From Atractiella rhizophila (taxonomy: Eukaryota): a stretch of DNA of 64,000 nt. The notes beneath the pieces are model-generated. The model was not told the DNA's origin, searched no databases, and saw only the letters and a list, made by a program, of their open reading frames with translations. Both the position numbers and the translations under genes were made by a program. The stretch lies in the NCBI GenBank assembly GCA_021432655.1, contig MU271247.1:1-64000 (forward strand), given 5' to 3'. Positions 56,249-64,000 of the stretch are shown piece by piece; positions within the stretch are counted from its first letter, which is position 1; each line of letters begins with the position of its first letter.

Positions 56249-57978
56249 ATGGGAATAGTCGAACAGACCGTTGGGTCAATTAGTACGCTTCATTGTTTTT
56301 CTTGCATTATGACATGCTGAAGCTATGTCTATGATGTTAGTGATCGCGTCATGGGTCAATACTGCCTTGTGGGCTCTCGAGATTGTACTCATCTATCAAT
56401 ACTTCGCGACATTTGGGGATCGTGATTATTGGCTTCTTCGACTTGCCGTGGTTGTCGTATGTCTCATCCCCTGCCTTGCGAAGGCGCTGGAGAGCTGACA
56501 GGAAATAGATGGCGCTTTCAGACACGCTGTGTACCGTGGCTAATCAAATCGGTATGAGTCTTCCTTCCTCTGCAGGTCGCGTCCTGAAGTCAATTTGAAT
56601 AGGTGTATACGATGTACGATTGCCTTATTTGTCGATTATGAGCAAGTGACTAATTTAATTCGTTGAAGTACACCATAACGCATTGGGGAGGTAAGGTCTT
56701 CGCTTGTTTCCTTCAGAGCAAAAAAGCTAAGAAAATGTCGTGCAGAGGATCAATACCTTGCCACTCAAGTGCGTTTATTTTCTCTACCAAACGGTCATCG
56801 ATATTTATCTTCATTTCTCATGATTAGCACTGGCCAATCCCAAGTTTGTTTTCCCTTTTTCTGTACTCGCTTTTCCTAACTGACTCAAATCTTGGATAGC
56901 ATACCTCATCTGCACGGCTGTCACCTCCTTCATTGTCCAGACATATCTCACCCATCGATATTGGCGGCTCAGCAGGAACAACATCATCGCTGTCCTCTTG
57001 GCCTGCCTCACGCTCCTTGGTGTGCGTTTTTCTATTTTGGATCCTACCCATCGATGAATGAGGATGTACAACAAGCTAATGGGGTGGATGGATAGGTTGG
57101 TGCAAACATTTCCGTCGCAGTCGCAGTCGTCATCTATACCTCTTATGAAGAGCGGAGCAAAATCGTTAAGGAGGTAGTGTGCGCAATTTCCACCTCTATG
57201 CATCAAATATCGGTTTAACAAGACGAGCAGCATCTGGTTCTGCGCAAAAGCAGCCACGGACATCTCCATCGCTTCCGCCCTCGTCTTTTACCTCATACAG
57301 TTCAGGAAGAGGACGGTGTTTGAAGAGACGCGAAGTCACTTGGTGACAATGATGCTGTACGCTATTGAGACTGGCGCAGTCACGTCTGCCGCTGGTATGT
57401 TTCCGCACTTCCGTTCATATTATGCCCTGACGAGCTCCTAATTACAAGCTCTCACGGCGTTCGCCCTCTTCGTCCAAAACGTCCGCGTTTCTTCTAACCA
57501 CTCACGTTTTCTTGGCTCATTCTTGCGTTTAGAACAACTCCAACGCTGCCACAGCATTTGGGCAAAATCTTGGACGGTTGTACGCCGTCAGCATGATGTT
57601 CAACCTGCTCTTTAGGAAGCTTATGATTCGAGACAACCAACCAAGAGGAAGCGAGAAGACAACTCCATCCTCGACAGCTTACCCAATGCGAAAGAAGAAC
57701 CTCGCTGGCGTGCTGGAGACGGACATCACTAACACAGGTGTTATCATCAACCATCAGAGCATTACTCACGTTGACGAGGTGCGTATTTCGCTATTTATCC
57801 TTCCAGATAGGCGAAATTGATCGAGGTGGTTGCATAGAATCGTTCGAGAATCATTACCCCCTCCTACGCGTCTCATAACGGAGCAATGGTGAATTTAAGA
57901 GGGGCTCATGATATGCTCGAAGAAGACAGCGTGATGGGGGACAAGAAGAAGGCCCTGGATGAGATTCACGTCGTCTAG
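56249..57978 (+). CDS. Multi-pass membrane protein, DUF6534-like, paralog of 40708-42453
   Basis: IASWVNTALWALEI...YTITHWG...WPIP...IVQTYLTHRYWRLS...DISIASALVFYL...AIETG...LGRLYAVSMMFNLLFR. Confidence 0.8.
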
Positions 57979-58290
57979 AGTGTAGATTTTTGATATTCTC
58001 TCTCAAAATCGGCAAAACCAACATTGCGAAATGCACTTTCACATAAGCTGGTCTTCAGGCAACCCACCCCTGGAAGGATTGTAGTACTTAGTCGTAGTTA
58101 CCCTAGGATCATATAGAGCAGTTAATGAGATAAGTCGTTAAATCTCATCCTATTCACTTCTACATTGGGTACGGACACAAGTAAAATTGAAATAATGAGT
58201 TTGAAATCCAGAAAGTCGAAGACCACGAAGAACTGACAAGACACATACTGTTCCTCAATATTTAATAATAGATTGCGTTCGTAAACTGGT

Positions 58291-61200
58291 TCATGCGGGC
58301 ACCGGCGTCTTGCGACCTTGGCTAATGAGGGCCAGCCGCTCCTCACGCCTCGATGCTATTCTTTCCTGCGTTCTGGAAGGCGGTCGTTGTGGTAGGTTTG
58401 CAGGAGTGGTAACTCGGTCCTTTGAAGAGAGTCCAGACTTGGGAGTAGGAGCTTCGTTTTCCTTGTCCGCTTCTTCCATCACAGGCTCGACCGTACTCGT
58501 CCGCTTCGCTCTCGGCTTGAATTCATGGTTCATCAGAGGAGTTTGGAACGTAGCAAGGTCGTGATGAAACGTTCGACGCGCGCGAGCGGTGGAGAAGTTG
58601 GCGTTAGATACTGCACTGTTGAGGACACGGTTTGACGGACGACCTGTCGGCATAGACGAACGAGCGGTGGAGGGGACCGTGGACGCTGTTGTGGTACTCG
58701 ACTGAAGCTTTCGCCCTTGTGACTCTCGTCGCATTTCTCGTTTCAGCATAGAAAGCTCTTGCTGCTTCGCCTGTGCCACCCAATGGATGAGCTCAGATAT
58801 ACATGAACAGAAGCAACGCACTTCAAGAGCAATGTTGAGACCTTCCACATCATCCGCAAGCTCGCCGTTAGCTTTGTGAAGCTGAGCAATCGCAACTGTA
58901 TTTCTCATCAGCGAAGATTCAACCTGGAAGTATCATCTCACCATCTCTCTCTGCCGAATCCATTCGCATCCTGCCCAATCGTGCTTGACAATCCTTCAAC
59001 TCTTTGCTGAGATTTGACACCTGACTCGCCCTCTCTACGCATTGGCTACACTCCTTGTTGACCTGAGTTTCAAGTTTGAACTTCAACACGCTCAATTCTT
59101 TCTCGCACTCCGACCGTTGAAGTGAGGTGATCTTCAATTCATCCTGTAGCATGCGTACCTTTTCTTCGTTCTGAGCCGCATCGGTTCGAAGCGTCGACAC
59201 ATCAGCGAGAAGGGTATCTACTTGTTGCTCAAGTGCCACTTTGAAAGCGCGGTCGTGGGACGCTGATACAGATTGCGCATTTAATCGATTAACCTCTTCC
59301 TGTAGTGCTGAGGTTTTTTTTTCCAGATCGAAACGTCGATGCACGGCGGACTCGTAATCACGTTTGAGAGTGGTCGAGAGCGCATCGAGCTCAGAGATCT
59401 CCTCACGAAGTCTGCTGTTTTCTTCCTCTAATTGGCTTTGGGATCGCTGTTGGTACTGAATGTCTGACTTGGACCGTGTGACAACTTCTTCCAATTCCCG
59501 GATCCTTCTTTGCAAGTCTTCCTCTTCCCCCTTAGTTGAAGAAATCACCTGTTCCAATCGTTCGAGCTCCTTTGACTGGACCTGAAGGGCGTCATCCTTC
59601 ATAGCGAAGGCCTCTTCGGCTTCGGTTAGGTGTGCCACAGCAGTTTCGCGTTCGTCGCAAGCTTTTGCGAGATCGAACTCTAGTCGATTCTTCTCCTTCA
59701 TCAAAGCCGCCTTTTCCTCCTTCAAGCGATCAATGCTCGACTTGAAGGTGCCGAGTTCTGCTTTCGCCATCACAAACTCCTTCTGAGCTTTGTCTCTCGC
59801 CTCGACTGCATCTTTGGCTTTCTCTCTTTCCAGCTTAACCGTAAACTCATCGTCTTGAATTTGGCTGGATTGGCGCCGCATTTCGATTTCGGCTGCAACG
59901 AGCTCTTGCTCGACCCCTTGAAGACGTGAACATGTGTTCTCCATGCTCCTGACCACACCTTGCAGCTGGATGCATTGCTCTCTTTTCTCTTCCAGCTCCA
60001 GCTCCAGCTCTGCTACTTGGCTCTCCAGCTCTCTCCTATCCCTTCCGACCATGGACATATCTCGGGCTTTGTTGATTTCCAGGTCCCTCGCTCGTGTCGC
60101 CGCTTGGACGGCTTGATCTCGAAGGTCCGAATTTTCTTGCATCAGTTGCTCCATGCGAGTCTCATAAGTCTCAGCAGCCGACTCAGCTTCTTTTTGTGCC
60201 GCTTGAGCATGCGACAGTCGAATTTGGAGGTCTCGAATCTCAGTCTTCGCGTCCATCAGCTCTCCATCGTCCACCTGGGACAAGGTCTGGGCTGGGACAG
60301 CTACAGTGTCTGTGTTCCATTCACCCTGCCGAATACGGCTCAGGGCAGTCGTGAGAGAGGTTGTGGCTGGTGATGTGCTTGAACCGGAAGGCATTGACTC
60401 CCACTTGCGGGCAGTATCAAGGATTGCTTCCCATTGGCTATCGGCCTCTTCCTTCTCTTTCTCTTGTAACTGAAGTAGCTTGTCCTTCGCTGCAATATCT
60501 TTCCGAAGATTGATGACTAAGGCGAGCAAGAGCGAGTTTTTGTTGGACTTGACATGAAGGAGATCTCGCTGAGAATTGAGCAAGTCTCCAACTGTCGCTT
60601 CTTCGAAATCGAAGAAAGCTGTTTCATCTTCGGGCAAACCATCTGTGAGGCATAGCTCTGGAGGTGCAGATAGGCGAGCCGTTCGAACCGGTTTGGCGCT
60701 AGGCAGCGGTAGAGAGGCTGAGGCTGAGGCTCCTGCCCACACAATAGGTGGAGGTAATGGCGAGGCAGGTCGATCAGTAAAAACGGATGGGAATTCCGTC
60801 TCTTCCCGATTGTTATAGGCGAAGGATTTGGCTGCCGAAGGAGTATACCAAGCGAGAGAGGCGGAATTGTCGACACCCGGAGTGAAGATGATAGACCCTT
60901 CTTCATCCGATTTGCTACTTGGAGGCTGTCGCGCGGGGGTTATCAAAGCTTCGTCAACTAAATCTGATTTGAGGTCGCTCGTAGTTTCTTCCTTAGCTTT
61001 CGTCCCTGGAGGTTCAATGTTATCCGACTTCAGCAGTTGGTTGAAACCGTAAGCTGGGGGTCTATTGTCAAGGTCAAGCGAAGACTGAGGACTGGCAATT
61101 CTGGAACGAAAAGGAGTGCTAGTGTGTCTCGAAGCGGCGAACGAATCGATACGGCCAGCGGGAGTTGGTAAGCTGATCGAAAGGCTGTCAAGATTATCTT

Positions 61201-63973
61201 CGTGTGTAGGGCCTTCAGGCGGTGATGAAAATGATCGATTAGTACTTCTTCGACTGAGGTTTCTGATACTTCCTCTGGACAAGGAAGTGGGCAAGACATT
61301 GCGAGAGATATCTAAAAGATGGTAAGCGAGAATGAAGGAACTGACACGTTGGAATACTACACACCAGCTGAGGCGTCCTTTGCCACACTTTGGCCTTCTC
61401 TGCGCGATAAAGAGGCTCGAAGCGAATTCCTTCGTGACGCACTCTTTTTAGAGTTCGTTGAAATATTCTGTATCGACAAGCTTTTGGACATATCTTTCTT
61501 TGAGACATCCTTTGAGAGCTGAGACGTCTCTTCCTTGCCCGCCGAAGTTCTCTTGTCTTCATCCTCATCATCACTTGCGAGCAATCTTGACAGCTCGACG
61601 CTTTTATCCAGAGCTTTAAAGATAGCCTCTTCGTCCTTGGAGAATTTCTGGCTACGAGATCCAAAAGGACTCCGTTGGCCAGATAAAGAGGTTGCGTCCA
61701 CAGCAGGTGAAGCTGGATCCGAAGCTCTGGACGATTTCGAAAGACGAAGTGACGTCCTTAGGGAATCTTTCAAAGACGGTTGCTCCCGACGATTACGGGA
61801 AGCATCTGAAATACTATCCCACTCAGCAGAGAATCCTTCCTTCGGCTCGTCCCTCGCTGGCTCTTCTGCGTAGCTCGTGTGCGGTGGAATGGGAAGCGCC
61901 ATTGTCTGCGAGACGGCGTTGGGATAGTCGAAGGTGACCAGGGAGACATTTGGAGATATTGGGACGGGACTCGCTTCGCGGTCTTCCCCCTCTGCATGAT
62001 CTTCCTCCTTCTCAACATCAAAACTCGGAATGCCAGCAACCAATTCGCTCAATCTTCGCTTGGGCATCATTTTCTTGAGCGCTGAAAGGTCCCCAGTACT
62101 TTGGTTCATTGTCAGCTCTTCAAGGAGAGACGCGCGCTCCATTTGTAATGGCTCTTTCTTGGGCGTTGTCACGACCGGTGCTGGAACGGGAGAAGAATTG
62201 TCGCTCATAAAGCTGAGGTTCAGAGACGAAGCAGAGACAGAACGTTCGCGCTCAGTCACTTGAAGTTGGGACGCAGGACGCTGGGGACCGTTCTGGACAT
62301 TCGACAGTGGCCGGATGGATGTGGAGAGCGATGGGGATGCTGATCGTGCTCTTGACAATCTGGCACCCTGTGGCAGAGGGGTGTACGAAGCGGCGAGGGG
62401 AGAAATGGTCCTTGCACGAGCAGTCACAGTGGGGGGAGGCGACGTTCTATTGACCGGAGTCTTGACTGCAACAGAAGCAGCGAGGTCTTGCATGCTTGCA
62501 TCCTCCTGAGCAAAAGTTCGACCCTCCTGCCGACTTCTACTCAGACGCTCTAGATGTTGTTCTTCCTCTTCCTCGATGACGCTTAATCCTTCATGTTCGC
62601 TCCGATCTCCTAGGCCGCTCAACCCCTCCATACTCTTCAATCCATGTGCCACTTCGGGTTCCGAAACGTCAAAAAGATTCGAGATATTGAGCATCGTGTT
62701 GCTGAACTTGGCAGTGAGGTTGCCGCGAGTTCTTCCCTCTCCTCCGTCCCCACCATACGAATGAATCCCAACGCTGAGGTCCATCCCATCCTCGTCTCTC
62801 TCCGCTACTGATTCCGCATCCTCGCTGAACCCTTCAAACGAATCCTCCTCTATCAGCTTCCCTTCCGGTGAACGAACACTCCTGGGATGAGAAGGTTCAC
62901 TGCTCCCGCTCTTCTCCAAGGAGGATTCGGGAGATGGGATCAGGCTCTTCAGACTTGCCATTAGGCCATCCCCTCCGTCACTCGCAGAAATAGACGATTC
63001 TCTGTCCACAATGATGCTCCTGCTCCTCTTGGATGGGGTTGGACGCAACAATCTGGAAACATAAACGTCCGATCCAGCAGGCGAAAACGGCGCCACATCA
63101 TCGAAATGAAGTTCGGAGTCGTCAGCATCAACATCAGGCGGCAGCAACGAAATTTCACTATCCTCCGCTTCTCTCGCGAAACTTTGATCCTGTTCTGAAC
63201 TGCTTTCCACCATCTCTCCGAGTCCCACGGAACGTCTCTGCTTGACGTGTTCAGGCGAGGGCATCTCAAGCACAGCGGAGAACTGAACACTCTTCCCGCT
63301 GCCAGGAGTACGCTTGATGATACTCCTGATACTGGGAGTGCTCGACTGCCGCTGAAGCGTTGGAAGCGGAGTCATGGGCAACTGCGCGGGGGTAGGCAGG
63401 GAGTGACGCTTTGTCTTCTTCATAGAAGAGGAAGGAGTAGGTGAAATAAGTCCTGGATCTTGTTCCTGTTCCTGTTCCCCTTCTGGGGAGGAAGAGAAGA
63501 CGGTAGGTGGCGGAGAGACGACTGGCGTAGTAGATAGGCTGCGTTCGCGCTGATTTCTACTCTTCAAAGGGGTCTTTTCCTCTTCCTCGTCCTCCATCCC
63601 TTGAGATGAAAAGCCCGAGTCTCCTAAAATGTCCATAGAGAAACCCTTGCTATAGAAACTTGGTGGTGTGTCGGGAAACGGGGAGAAAGGTTCTTTTGCT
63701 TCTTCGCCCAGAGCAAAAGTAGACAGTCCAGGAGAAGATGCTGATGTGGTTGCCGGATTGAGGGAGCGAACACGCGGGTGTCGGAGGGAGCTGGAGGGAA
63801 GGGGTGGAGGTAGTGGAGAAGGGGTTGTTGATTGTTTTCGAGGTAGTGGCGCGCGAGCTGGTGTCGATGTTGGTGATAATGTAATAGATAGATTCGAGTC
63901 CTCTGTAGGGTTATGATTCCAATTCATATCCATCCACTCTGCAGGTGAAATACTCACCTCGAGACGCTTCCAT
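58291..63973 (-). CDS. Large protein with disordered N-terminal half and coiled-coil C-terminal half, Cut12-like spindle-pole-body candidate
   Basis: Three long ORFs joined by short introns; first exon MEASR; SIIKRTPGSGKSVQF motif; long heptad-rich region; C-terminal DVEGLNIALE|AKQQELSMLKR. Confidence 0.8.
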
Positions 63974-64000
63974 GATTGGGTCCAGAGCTGTTGCAGTGGA

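Overview
Intron-rich fungal nuclear DNA, very probably a basidiomycete (inferred from ~45-60 nt GT-AG introns, many micro-exons and the gene families present). About 24 protein-coding loci can be supported. They are LYS2 (3' end outside the window), a tandem pair of unknown HExxH proteins, three DUF6534-like membrane proteins, a secreted BBE-like FAD oxidase, TEM1/SPG1, polyubiquitin, TRS20, an unknown secreted protein, TVP15, ATP19 and RPL24 (two copies each), an F-box protein, PTEN/TEP1, a UbiA-type terpene cyclase, an NCS1 permease split by a 940-nt N gap, a coilin-like protein, URM1, a xylitol/sorbitol dehydrogenase and a large Cut12-like coiled-coil protein. Three near-identical tandem duplications with A residues at their junctions look like two haplotypes assembled side by side. 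The most striking unexplained pattern is that each unusually long intron I could define (118-966 nt) is packed with hairpins or nested long-range stems, usually starting just after the 5' splice site. Exon boundaries and structures were read by eye and no searches or folding were run.
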